Part shown: piece by piece, positions 29,329 to 38,676 of the stretch
How the letters are laid out: each line of letters starts with the position of its first letter
Position numbering within the stretch: position 1 is the stretch's first letter
Origin: an uncultured Anaerolineaceae bacterium
GTDB lineage: Bacteria; Chloroflexota; Anaerolineae; Anaerolineales; UBA4823
DNA: 64,000 nt
Assembly: GCA_964354345.1 (NCBI GenBank)
Contig: CAYGZL010000032.1
Span: 31,152 to 95,151 of the forward strand
Reading direction: 5' to 3'
Notes under the pieces: model-generated
What the model was told of the DNA's origin: nothing
Database searches by the model: none
What the model saw: the letters and a program-made list of their open reading frames with translations, nothing else
Program-made: the position numbers and the translations under genes

Positions 29329-31008
29329 ATGTTAAATGACCCACCGCCTATCCAGGGCCAAGACATTGCCGAGGATAACCGGATTGATGGACAAGAGTTG
29401 AAGCGACTGGTCGAAGCCAGTTTAACCTGGCTGCGGGCAAACCAGGCGCTGGTAAACTCATTGAATGTGTTTCCAGTGCCAGATGGTGATACTGGCACAA
29501 ACATGGTCCTGACCATGCAAGCAGCTTTTAATGAAATTGTAAACTCGGCAGAACATAATTTCGGCAAGATGGCTCATGCAGTCGCTCACGGAGCTTTGAT
29601 GGGTGCACGGGGAAATTCAGGAGTAATCTTATCCCAACTCTGGCGCGGTTTTGCACGGGCAGTAGACAACATACATTATTTAGATGCCCAAAGCCTGGTG
29701 ATCGCGCTCGCCGCGGGCAGAGATACTGCCTACAAAGGGGTTGTGCGTCCAGTGGAGGGGACGATCTTAACCGTCGCTAAAGATGTCGCTGCAGCAGCCG
29801 AACAGGCGTATAAAAACTCAAACAACCTGGTTGATCTCCTGGATCAGATTGTGAAGGCGGCTGATCTATCTGTCCAGCATACTCCTGAATTACTTCCCGT
29901 TCTAAAAGAGGCGGGCGTGGTAGACTCGGGAGGGAAAGGTTTGTTTTTCATCTATGAAGGTATGTTACGTTTCTTGCTTGGCCAGCCCATAGATACCACA
30001 TTGGCTGCTGTCCAACCCCTGGCCGCGATGGATTTGACCAATACACTTGAGTCGATCGAGCCAGGTCAGGATTATGAGCTGGTGATTGATTTTCACCCTA
30101 ACAAAGAACTGGACCTGCCTTCCTTTTACGGCGAACTTGAAACGATGGGAACATCCATTCAGGTCGGCGAAGGCGACGGTCTATATCGGCTACATATTCA
30201 TGTTCCCACTGAAAAGCGCTATGCGCCGATAGATTTTGCGATGAAATTGGGTTGGATCACCACAGTAGCTATGGAAAATTTACAAGCCCAAATGCAAGAC
30301 GCCGAAGAGAAATGCAGTCAGGGTGAACCACACCTGGTTACTGTTGAACCAGGTCAGATTGCGGTTGTCGCGGTAGCGCCTGGGCCAGGCATCGCGCGTG
30401 TCTTCGGCAGCCTGGGAGTCGCCGCCATCGTTCCTGGTGGGCAAACTATGAATCCCAGCACGCAAGAAATTATCCATGCTTTTGAGAATCTACCGACCGA
30501 TAAAATCATCCTCCTGCCGAATAACAAAAATATTATCCTGACTGCCAACACAACCGCCAGTCTGACGGTTAAAAAAGTGGCTGTGATTCCAAGCTGCTCT
30601 GTTCCCCAGGGATTAGCAGCCATGATGCGCTTGATCCCCGATGGAGATTTTGACAGCGTGGTTGAAGAAATGACAGCTGCCCTGGAGGATGTTGAAACCG
30701 GTGAAATTACCATTGCCACTCGCGATGTTGAAATTGACGGCGTTCAAGTGGAAGAGGGACAGGTGATCGCCTTGCTTAACGGTAAACTAATCTTATCGGC
30801 AACAGACGTGGAAAAAGCTTGCCTGGATTTGCTCGAAAAGGCTCATGCAGATCATTTTGAGTTAATCACCCTGTTTTCTGGTCAAAATATCACGAAAAAA
30901 GAGGCTGGCAGAATCGCCGACCGGATCCGCGATCGATATCCACAACAGGAAATAGAAGTCCAGGAAGGCTGTCAACCATACTATCCATTCATTATCGCCA
31001 TCGAATAA
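29329..31008 (+). CDS. yloV: DAK2 (DhaL-like) domain protein, YloV-type
   Basis: VFPVPDGDTGTNMVLTM, GARGNSGVILSQ, and a long YloV-like C-terminal domain. Confidence 0.88.
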   Translation: MLNDPPPIQGQDIAEDNRIDGQELKRLVEASLTWLRANQALVNSLNVFPVPDGDTGTNMVLTMQAAFNEIVNSAEHNFGKMAHAVAHGALMGARGNSGVILSQLWRGFARAVDNIHYLDAQSLVIALAAGRDTAYKGVVRPVEGTILTVAKDVAAAAEQAYKNSNNLVDLLDQIVKAADLSVQHTPELLPVLKEAGVVDSGGKGLFFIYEGMLRFLLGQPIDTTLAAVQPLAAMDLTNTLESIEPGQDYELVIDFHPNKELDLPSFYGELETMGTSIQVGEGDGLYRLHIHVPTEKRYAPIDFAMKLGWITTVAMENLQAQMQDAEEKCSQGEPHLVTVEPGQIAVVAVAPGPGIARVFGSLGVAAIVPGGQTMNPSTQEIIHAFENLPTDKIILLPNNKNIILTANTTASLTVKKVAVIPSCSVPQGLAAMMRLIPDGDFDSVVEEMTAALEDVETGEITIATRDVEIDGVQVEEGQVIALLNGKLILSATDVEKACLDLLEKAHADHFELITLFSGQNITKKEAGRIADRIRDRYPQQEIEVQEGCQPYYPFIIAIE

Positions 31009-31012
31009 GGCA

Positions 31013-31855
31013 ATGTTAGTTAACCCAATCGCAATTGTCACCGATAGCACGGCGGATATTCCCGTCCAAATGGTAGAGGAATACCAGATTCGGGTCGTAC
31101 CGAATGTGTTAATCATCGATGGTCAGAACCTGGTAGATGGACAGGATATCAGCCGTGAAGAGTTCTACCAGCGACTGCCCCGGATGAAAACTCCACCAAC
31201 CACAGCAACCGCCTCACAAGGTGTCTACCAGGAAACTTATGAAGCGTTGCTTCAACAAGGAGCCAGTCAGATCCTGTCGATCCACGCATCCAGCTTATTG
31301 AGTGGGATCATCAATGCCGCTACCACAGCCGCCAGCTTTTTTGAAGGTCGGATACATGTCATTGATAGCCAGCAAGTTACCCTGGGACTGGGTTTTCAAG
31401 TTCTGGCCGCCGCGGAAGCGGTTAAGAATCGCACTCCCGTAGAAGCGGTTTTGAAATTATTGGAGAGAGTCCGCCAGCGAGTGCGTGTAATGGCTATGTT
31501 AGATACCCTGGAATACGTACGGCGTAGCGGTAGGGTATCCTGGACGCGCGCCCGTCTCGGAGAGCTACTCAATATCAAACCGTTTGTAGAAGTGCGGAAT
31601 GGCAGAGTGATCAGCCTGGGTGAGACCCGCACACGACGTAAGGGGATCGTTTATCTAACCAATCTGTACCGGAGGATGGGCCTTCTCGAACGCCTGGCGA
31701 TCTTGCACACCAATGCTGAAGTGGAGGCGCGCCAGTTCCTGGACAGCATAGATCCCAATCATGCAATCGCAGCTCTGATCGTCAACATTACAACGATCAT
31801 TGGTGCGCATGTCGGCCCTAATGGCCTGGGATTCGCAGCAGTTATCAAAGGCTAG
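31013..31855 (+). CDS. DegV-family fatty-acid-binding protein
   Basis: IAIVTDSTADIP N-terminus and typical DegV length and layout. Confidence 0.88.
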   Translation: MLVNPIAIVTDSTADIPVQMVEEYQIRVVPNVLIIDGQNLVDGQDISREEFYQRLPRMKTPPTTATASQGVYQETYEALLQQGASQILSIHASSLLSGIINAATTAASFFEGRIHVIDSQQVTLGLGFQVLAAAEAVKNRTPVEAVLKLLERVRQRVRVMAMLDTLEYVRRSGRVSWTRARLGELLNIKPFVEVRNGRVISLGETRTRRKGIVYLTNLYRRMGLLERLAILHTNAEVEARQFLDSIDPNHAIAALIVNITTIIGAHVGPNGLGFAAVIKG

Positions 31856-31877
31856 TCTTCCATAACTCAACCGATTA

Positions 31878-34628
31878 TTGGGGAATGGCTTTGATAACCT
31901 ATCTTTAACCTCATCCCTTGGTAAAATACCATTGATGAATCATCCAAAATATCCTTCTCTCCACAAATTACTAAAGTTCTTTAAATTAGAGGCCGAGCGT
32001 GGCTATGATAACCATGCTGTATTAGGTGGCCTGGAACGTATGCTCGAGCGTTGGGAAGCTGAGGCGCGCATTGATAACCTGCCCAATGATATCGTCCAGG
32101 CAGTGGTTAGCCGAATACGAAATTATGCTCAATTATCGACAACTTCACGCGCTGAAACATTAGAGGGATTGCGGCGCCGGATTAAACGCTTTGAAGAAGG
32201 CCTTCCCAGTCGGAGTCCTGAGACGGACACAGACCTGGAGAAAAAGGGGGAAACTACCCAGCCGCTTGATACAGCCAAGGGTGAACCGGAGCTGGTTGAG
32301 TTACCCCCTACGCCACCAATTGCCAGACCGCTCGAGTCGGATCACAGTGACCAGGAAGATGAATTAAGCGAGTTCGCTGAACCGATGAAATCCGAAGGTC
32401 GACCTGTCCCTGCGCCACAGGCACGCCGGTCTGGGCCACAGGCAGCCTCGCCACCCTGGAATAGTGAACCAGCAGCCATGGAGGCCTCGATCACGGTGTT
32501 AACCGGTATCGGACCACGCCACGCCCAAACGCTAAGCCGTCTGGGCCTCATTACGCTGCGGGATATGTTATACCACTTCCCACGCCGGTATGATGATTAC
32601 AGCCAGTTAAAACCCATCAATCGTCTGATTTATGGTGAAGAAATCACCGTCATTGGTACTGTACAAAGTAGCAATTTACGTCCGATTCGCGGCGGCAAGG
32701 CGCAACTCTTTGAAGCTGTAATCGGCGATGGTAGTGGTGTTTTACGAGTCACCTGGTTTAACCAACCCTGGCTTGCCAAACGCCTCTATAGTGGAACCCA
32801 GATTGTCCTCTCAGGGAAAGTTGATCAATATTTAGGTCGACCGGTGATGGAAAATCCCGAATGGGAACCACTCGAGCAACAACAATTAAGTACCAATCGC
32901 ATCGTGCCTGTCTATCCCTTGACAGCGCAGATCACCCAGCGCTGGATGCGACAACAGATGAACCAGGTGGTCACGTATTGGGCGCCGCGCATCCAGGATC
33001 CACTACCAGTTAGTTTACGCCAATCAGCCGGTTTGCTCGATCTCCCGCGTGCCTTACTCCAGATCCATTTTCCCGATTCGTGGGAGGATTTGCACGCCGC
33101 CCAACAGCGTCTGGCATTTGATGATATTTTCCTGTTGCAGTTGGGTGTCCAGCGCCAACGGCGCGCCTGGCAAGAACGCACCGCCCACATCTTCACGGCA
33201 GATCCAGAATGGTTGCAAAATCAGTTGGGCCGCTTGCCTTTCCCGCTGACGGGCGCCCAGCAGCATGCATTAGAGGATGTTTACCACGATCTCGCCCTTG
33301 GACGACCAATGAATCGACTCTTACAAGGCGATGTTGGTTCTGGTAAAACGGTGATCGCAGCCCTGGCGTGCAACCTGGTCTGCCATCAAAACGCTCAGGC
33401 CGCTCTAATGGCACCCACCAGCATCCTGGCTGAACAGCACTATAAAAACTTCGTGGAACTCCTGGCCCAAAAGAAATTTACAGATGTCGCATCCGTAACC
33501 GATCAGAACAGTGAAGACGAGGCAATCGGTTTAAAATCCGGGCTTGAACCACCGCTTCATCCCGAAGAAATACGCTTGATGATCGGCGCTACACCCGAAA
33601 CTGTAAAACGGGAGATTCGCGCCGGATTGGCGGATGGGACTATTAAACTGGTCATTGGAACGCATGCCCTGATCGAGGATCCGGTGCAATTTTCCAACTT
33701 GCAGCTCATTATCGTTGATGAGCAACATCGCTTCGGGGTTCAGCAGCGAGCTATGCTGCGCGCCAAGGGGGGAAATCCACATTTACTGGTCATGACCGCC
33801 ACACCCATTCCTCGCTCGCTTGCCCTGACGGTTTACGGCGACCTGGACCTGAGCATCATGGACGAAATGCCACCCGGGCGGCTACCGGTGAGTACACATG
33901 TCCTGCCTCCTCGCGAGCGAGAACGCGCTTACAAGCTCATCCAACATCAGGTCGAACAAGGCCGGCAAGCGTTCATCATTTACCCCTTGATCGAAGAGGG
34001 TGAACACAGTTCCGAAGAGGAAACTGGTGAAGCGAAAGCAGCAGTCGCCGCCCACGCCCGCCTGCAACAGGAGATCTTCCCCCACTTGCGCCTTGGCTTG
34101 TTACATGGTCGTTTGCGTCCGGACGACAAGGAATCCGTAATGACCCAATTTCGGGACGGTCAGTTTGATATCCTGATTTCAACAACGGTCGTTGAGGTTG
34201 GTGTGGATGTACCCAACGCAACGGTGATGTTAATCGAAGGGGCGAACCGTTTCGGGTTGGCGCAGTTACATCAATTACGTGGACGGGTTGGACGAGGAGC
34301 AGAAAAGGCTTACTGCCTGCTCATCCCTGACACTGTAGATGCTTTAGAAAATGAGCGCTTGAAAGTCATGGAAGAGACAAATGATGGTTTCGTCCTGGCC
34401 GAGAGAGATCTGGTACAGCGTGGACCAGGACAATTCTTGGGCACACGCCAGTCGGGCTTATCTGAAATCCAACTGGCGAACCTGACGGATGTGCGCCTGA
34501 TTGAAAAAGCTCGCAAACACGCACTGGCGCTGTTCGAGCAAGATCCTTTGTTCGAACGACCTGAAAACCGACCCCTGTTGACCGCGGTGCGGCGCTTTTG
34601 GAGCATCGGAAAGGGAGATATTAGTTAA
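31878..34628 (+). CDS. recG: ATP-dependent DNA helicase RecG with a ~200-aa N-terminal extension
   Basis: GDVGSGKT, DEQHRFG, TATPIPR, QLHQLRGRVGRG. Wedge/OB region VIGTVQSSNLRP... The track start is TTG. ATG 31935 (MNHPKYP...) is an alternative. Confidence 0.92.
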   Translation: MGNGFDNLSLTSSLGKIPLMNHPKYPSLHKLLKFFKLEAERGYDNHAVLGGLERMLERWEAEARIDNLPNDIVQAVVSRIRNYAQLSTTSRAETLEGLRRRIKRFEEGLPSRSPETDTDLEKKGETTQPLDTAKGEPELVELPPTPPIARPLESDHSDQEDELSEFAEPMKSEGRPVPAPQARRSGPQAASPPWNSEPAAMEASITVLTGIGPRHAQTLSRLGLITLRDMLYHFPRRYDDYSQLKPINRLIYGEEITVIGTVQSSNLRPIRGGKAQLFEAVIGDGSGVLRVTWFNQPWLAKRLYSGTQIVLSGKVDQYLGRPVMENPEWEPLEQQQLSTNRIVPVYPLTAQITQRWMRQQMNQVVTYWAPRIQDPLPVSLRQSAGLLDLPRALLQIHFPDSWEDLHAAQQRLAFDDIFLLQLGVQRQRRAWQERTAHIFTADPEWLQNQLGRLPFPLTGAQQHALEDVYHDLALGRPMNRLLQGDVGSGKTVIAALACNLVCHQNAQAALMAPTSILAEQHYKNFVELLAQKKFTDVASVTDQNSEDEAIGLKSGLEPPLHPEEIRLMIGATPETVKREIRAGLADGTIKLVIGTHALIEDPVQFSNLQLIIVDEQHRFGVQQRAMLRAKGGNPHLLVMTATPIPRSLALTVYGDLDLSIMDEMPPGRLPVSTHVLPPRERERAYKLIQHQVEQGRQAFIIYPLIEEGEHSSEEETGEAKAAVAAHARLQQEIFPHLRLGLLHGRLRPDDKESVMTQFRDGQFDILISTTVVEVGVDVPNATVMLIEGANRFGLAQLHQLRGRVGRGAEKAYCLLIPDTVDALENERLKVMEETNDGFVLAERDLVQRGPGQFLGTRQSGLSEIQLANLTDVRLIEKARKHALALFEQDPLFERPENRPLLTAVRRFWSIGKGDIS

Positions 34629-34630
34629 TC

Positions 34631-35155
34631 ATGGTACGTGCTATTTTTCCAGGAACATTTGACCCGATCCATTATGGCCACATTGACATTGCCATTCGAA
34701 CGGCGCGTTTGTTCGATGAAGTGATCATTGCGGTCTATGATAAACCCTTAAAATCACTGCTATTCACCCCTCAGCAGCGGATTGATCTGGTGCGCCAATC
34801 CTTTGATAACGATCCTCGTTTCAAGGTTATGGGTTATAGCGGCTTGACAGTCACCTTCTGCCACGCCGTCGGCGCTCAGGTGATTGTCCGAGGCCTGCGT
34901 GTCTTCTCGGATTTTGAATACGAGTTTCGAATGGCGCTGGCTAATCACCGCCTGGCGCCCGAGATCGAAGTTATTTCGTTGATCACTGCTGAGGAACATA
35001 CATTTCTTTCCTCCAGCACAGTCCGGGAAATTGCCTCGCTCGGAGGGGACATCAGCAGTATGGTACCGCTGCACGTCGAAAAGCTGCTCAAGACTCGCTT
35101 CAAAGAGTTAGGCGAAAGCCAAACTGTTGTCCCAGCTACCTCGTTACGGGATTAA
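34631..35155 (+). CDS. coaD: Phosphopantetheine adenylyltransferase
   Basis: AIFPGTFDPIHYGHIDI and ISSSTVREI. Confidence 0.93.
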   Translation: MVRAIFPGTFDPIHYGHIDIAIRTARLFDEVIIAVYDKPLKSLLFTPQQRIDLVRQSFDNDPRFKVMGYSGLTVTFCHAVGAQVIVRGLRVFSDFEYEFRMALANHRLAPEIEVISLITAEEHTFLSSSTVREIASLGGDISSMVPLHVEKLLKTRFKELGESQTVVPATSLRD

Positions 35156-35273
35156 CGCCATATCGACCTCCGCAAACCAACTATAGGAGGTCTGGGATTG
35201 ACTAATAGGCGATTTACGTGTAATCTTAAATTAATCTCGAAAGTTTGCACTACGCACCCAGGGAAGGTACCCT

Positions 35274-35732
35274 ATGGACATTCTGCATCTTGTTGATCGT
35301 TTGGAGGAACTGCTTAACAAAAGCCGCCCACTCCCTTTCACCCATAATGTCATCGTTGATGAAGACCGCATGTTAGATTTAATAGACCAGATGCGGGTGG
35401 CGATTCCTGAAGAAGTCAAGAAAGCTGCCCAGGTCCAGGCCCAGCGCGACCGCATCCTCGCCCAGGCTCAGGAAGAATCGAATCGCACTGTCGCGATTGC
35501 GCGCGAAAAGAGTGAACAATTTGTTGAACGAGATGCGATCGTTCAGGCTGCGCAAGCGCGCGCCGAACAAATTAAAGCTCAGGCATTCGCTGAAGCCGAA
35601 AATACTCGTCGAGAGGCAGACAATTACGTTTTAGAAACACTCACCCACCTGGAAATGGAACTGGATCGCTTTTTAACCCAGGTGCGCAATGGTATTCGCC
35701 TCCTTCAGGCTGAAAAACACAAACCTGAGTAA
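35274..35732 (+). CDS. Coiled-coil hypothetical protein (A/Q/E-rich, ATP synthase b-like repeats)
   Basis: 152-aa ORF. The central region KKAAQVQAQRDRILAQAQEESNRTVAIAREKSEQ... is predicted coiled coil. I recognise no catalytic motif. Confidence 0.6.
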   Translation: MDILHLVDRLEELLNKSRPLPFTHNVIVDEDRMLDLIDQMRVAIPEEVKKAAQVQAQRDRILAQAQEESNRTVAIAREKSEQFVERDAIVQAAQARAEQIKAQAFAEAENTRREADNYVLETLTHLEMELDRFLTQVRNGIRLLQAEKHKPE

Positions 35733-35747
35733 TCTGACAAACCGATC

Positions 35748-36521
35748 TTGAGCCCTGAGGGAACAGCTTCGCTCAGTTATCATATCTACGAGAATGGCTT
35801 TAGGGAGGTAGAGGCCGAGGTGATCGCCGAAGGCTTTGTGACGATCTACATCAATGGCCGAGAACTAGCCACCTTGATGTGCACCCCGCGCGACCCGTTG
35901 CAGCTTGTCCTGGGCTTCCTGGCAAATGAAGGTTTCATCGATACAATTAACGAGGTCGAAATCGCTACTGTATGCCAGACAGGCGTGTGTGCAGATATCT
36001 GGCTTTCCCATCCGATCTGGGATCGGCCACGTCGCCAGGTCATCACTTCTGGATGCAGCGGTGGATTGACATTTGCTGAGTTGACCGCTGATCTGCCTCC
36101 GATCCAATCCAGTCTGCTCGTTGACCCCCACCGTTTGAGCGCGTTGATTGCCCAACTTCAAGATAAAGAAAGCCTGTATACACGAGCCCGCGGCGTGCAC
36201 ACCTCTGCACTCAGTGATGGTGAGCGCCTGCTGGTCGTGGTAGAAGATATCGGCCGGCATAATAGCCTTGACCGGCTACGCGGCGAATGTCTGCGACGAG
36301 GGCTCAATCCAGCCGGCTCATTGATTCTTTCAACCGGACGTATTTCATCAGAGATGATATACAAGGCCGCCCGGATGGGCTGCCCTCTCATTGCTTCACG
36401 TACTTCGCCCACCAGCTTATCGGTCGAGTTAGCCCGAGCCTGGAATATCACCCTGTGCGGCTATGTCCTTAAAAATCGGCTGAATGTTTATTCCCATCCT
36501 GAAAGATTGAAACAGTTCTAA
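35748..36521 (+). CDS. fdhD: FdhD-family sulfurtransferase (formate dehydrogenase accessory protein)
   Basis: GRHNSLDRL motif, a TSGCSGG loop, a SGRISSEM...KAARMG tail. TTG start. Confidence 0.8.
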   Translation: MSPEGTASLSYHIYENGFREVEAEVIAEGFVTIYINGRELATLMCTPRDPLQLVLGFLANEGFIDTINEVEIATVCQTGVCADIWLSHPIWDRPRRQVITSGCSGGLTFAELTADLPPIQSSLLVDPHRLSALIAQLQDKESLYTRARGVHTSALSDGERLLVVVEDIGRHNSLDRLRGECLRRGLNPAGSLILSTGRISSEMIYKAARMGCPLIASRTSPTSLSVELARAWNITLCGYVLKNRLNVYSHPERLKQF

Positions 36522-36543
36522 TATTTCATTTAACTGGTTCTCC

Positions 36544-36572
36544 TTGACAGGTTATACACTTTTTGCTAAAAT
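36544..36572 (+). promoter_or_regulatory. Consensus-like sigma-70 promoter of the TetR/epimerase pair
   Basis: TTGACA (36544..36549), a 17-nt spacer, then TAAAAT (36567..36572). Confidence 0.65.
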
Positions 36573-36575
36573 AAA

Positions 36576-36589
36576 ACCGACCGGTCGGT
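36576..36589. promoter_or_regulatory. Perfect 14-bp palindrome, likely the TetR operator
   Basis: ACCGACCGGTCGGT is self-complementary. It lies between the -10 box and the first ATG of the TetR gene. Confidence 0.6.
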
Positions 36590-37210
36590 ATGAATAATGA
36601 AATGGATATACAAATGACAAAGCAGAAACGTAGCCAAGAAACCCGCCATCGTATTCTAGAAGCTGCTTTAAAGCTTTTTGCCCAAACCGGCTTCGAGACC
36701 AGCAGTGTTGCAGAAATATGCGCGGAAGCAGGGATCAGCAAGGGCGCCTTTTACCACCATTTCCCCACCAAGCAAGCTGTCTTTCTGGCGTTGTTAGAGG
36801 ATTGGTTAGGGCGGTTAGACCTGGAGATGAACGCGGCGCGTGAGGGCGCGCCGAATATCGCTGAAGCCTTGCAACGCATGTCTAGCATGATGCGCCAGGT
36901 TTTCAAGGAAGCCGGCGGTCATCTGCCAATGTTCCTGGAATTCTGGATGCAAGCCAGTCATGATCCAACCGTCTGGCAGGCATTGATCGCACCTTACCGG
37001 CGTTACAATAATTATTTTAAAGAGCTGATCCAACAAGGCATCCAGGATGGCTCGTTGGCACCGATTGATCCAGAATTAGCCGCGCGTCTGCTCGTTTCGT
37101 TAGCTGTGGGCATCTTACTGCAAGGCATGTTGGATCCCAATGGAGTATCCTGGGATGAGGTAGCTCAAAATGGTTTGCACCTATTAATCGAAAGTTGGAG
37201 GCAGAGATAA
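36590..37210 (+). CDS. TetR/AcrR-family transcriptional regulator
   Basis: HTH region RHRILEAALKLFAQTGFETSSVAEICAEAGISKGAFYHHFPTK. In-frame alternative ATGs at 36602 and 36614. Confidence 0.9.
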   Translation: MNNEMDIQMTKQKRSQETRHRILEAALKLFAQTGFETSSVAEICAEAGISKGAFYHHFPTKQAVFLALLEDWLGRLDLEMNAAREGAPNIAEALQRMSSMMRQVFKEAGGHLPMFLEFWMQASHDPTVWQALIAPYRRYNNYFKELIQQGIQDGSLAPIDPELAARLLVSLAVGILLQGMLDPNGVSWDEVAQNGLHLLIESWRQR

Positions 37211-38202
37211 TGATTTTAGTAACAGGCGCTACAGGTCATATCGGTAACGTTCTGGTGCGGCGCCTATTGTTGGATGGTGAATCGGTGCGTTCCTTGATCT
37301 TGCCGGGTGAAGACTGCCGCTCGATCGAGGGGCTTAATATTGAAAAAGTTCAAGGTGATGTTTTGGATCTGCAATCGCTGCAATACGCTTTTGATGGCAT
37401 CCAGGATGTTTATCACCTGGCGGGAATGATATCGATCATGCCGGGTTCAGATGAGCGGGTCCAACGGGTAAATGTCCAGGGAACGCTCAATATCCTGATC
37501 GCCTCATTGCAAGCCGGCATACGCCGCCTGGTCTATACCAGTTCGATTCATGCCCTCCACCGCGCTCCCTGGGGAACGACTATTGACGAATCGATTCCAT
37601 TTGATCCGGAAAATGCAATCAGCGCCTACGATCGCTCCAAAGCAGAAGCTTCCCTGGCTGTGCAACAAGCGGCTCGCCAGGGTCTGGAGGCTGTTATTGT
37701 CTGTCCCACTGGCGTTATCGGACCCTATGATTACCGACGGTCTGAAATGGGTCAGGTGATCCTGGGGGCGATGAGAAAGCAACCCCAATTATGTATTGAT
37801 GGGGCTTATGACTTTGTAGACGTGCGGGATGTGGCTGCCGGCCACCTTCTGGCGTGTAAGAAAGGACGCGCCGGTGAACGATACATTCTCTCCGGTGAAC
37901 GAATTTCTGTCGCAAACCTGATTCGCAACGTCCAAAAAATCCTCGGGATCCGCTCTGGATTACTTAAAATACCAATAAATTTTGCACGCTTTATCGTGCG
38001 TTTTACACCTTTCTATTATCGGCTCAGTAAGACCAAACCGCGCTTAACACCCTATTCATTGGAGACATTATTAAGCAATTCTGATATCAGCCACGCCAAA
38101 GCTAAAACCGAACTGGGCTACACCCCCCGCCCCATATATCAAACATTGCTAGATACGGTACGTTGGTTCCTGGATAATCGTGCGGTTTTGGCTTCGGCCT
38201 GA
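37210..38202 (+). CDS. NAD(P)-dependent epimerase/dehydratase (SDR, dihydroflavonol reductase-like)
   Basis: ILVTGATGHIGNVLVRRL, catalytic YDRSK. GGAGG lies 8 nt upstream of ATG 37210, which makes a TAATG overlap with the TetR stop. Confidence 0.88.
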   Translation: MILVTGATGHIGNVLVRRLLLDGESVRSLILPGEDCRSIEGLNIEKVQGDVLDLQSLQYAFDGIQDVYHLAGMISIMPGSDERVQRVNVQGTLNILIASLQAGIRRLVYTSSIHALHRAPWGTTIDESIPFDPENAISAYDRSKAEASLAVQQAARQGLEAVIVCPTGVIGPYDYRRSEMGQVILGAMRKQPQLCIDGAYDFVDVRDVAAGHLLACKKGRAGERYILSGERISVANLIRNVQKILGIRSGLLKIPINFARFIVRFTPFYYRLSKTKPRLTPYSLETLLSNSDISHAKAKTELGYTPRPIYQTLLDTVRWFLDNRAVLASA

Positions 38203-38354
38203 ACGCTAGAATTACGAGCATAACTTTCGTCTCCCTGGTCCGATCACTCCACCCAACAGCGCATCGATTCCCCTAAAAACGAGATGGATTGCCAAGGCCT
38301 AATCGGAATTTTAGTTTACTCACAACAGGTTATCGAACAAACACATGCGGGGTA

Positions 38355-38384
38355 TTGACATAGTGCATCACTATAATATAAAAT
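38355..38384 (+). promoter_or_regulatory. Sigma-70-like promoter candidate in the long leader of the ABC operon
   Basis: TTGACA (38355..38360), an 18-nt spacer, then TATAAA (38379..38384). A TATAAT at 38372 is too close (11 nt). Confidence 0.45.
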
Positions 38385-38449
38385 AGTAATCAAGAAGGAA
38401 AGGGGGATTATCGGCGGATCCGTTTTTTTACCATCACAGGAGAAAGAAG

Positions 38450-38596
38450 GTGAAGCTCGTAAAAGTAAATACCCTATACTGCAAGCCAAAAGGTCAGCTC
38501 ATCGTTATTGTGTTTTTCACGGGAGGCACAGGTAGCATGATCTTGGCCACAGTCAACCGCACCCCGGTTGGTTATCCAGTGACTACGCATACCTGA
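38450..38596 (+). CDS. Possible 48-aa small ORF in the ABC operon leader
   Basis: GTG lies 7 nt after AGGAG. It translates to (M)KLVKVNTLYCKPKGQLIVIVFFTGGTGSMILATVNRTPVGYPVTTHT. It is below the ORF-track size cutoff and I recognise no homology. Confidence 0.25.
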   Translation: MKLVKVNTLYCKPKGQLIVIVFFTGGTGSMILATVNRTPVGYPVTTHT

Positions 38597-38676
38597 GATA
38601 CGCCTATAACCAATAGACTATTTAATCCATACTCGATCTACCGTTATCCTCGTTATAAAACGAAGGAGTGTTGAAA

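Noticed and set aside
35171-35198. Hairpin GACCTCC-14 nt-GGAGGTC after coaD as an intrinsic terminator.
   Set aside because: It has only a 7-bp stem with a large loop and no U-tract. It is too weak to call.
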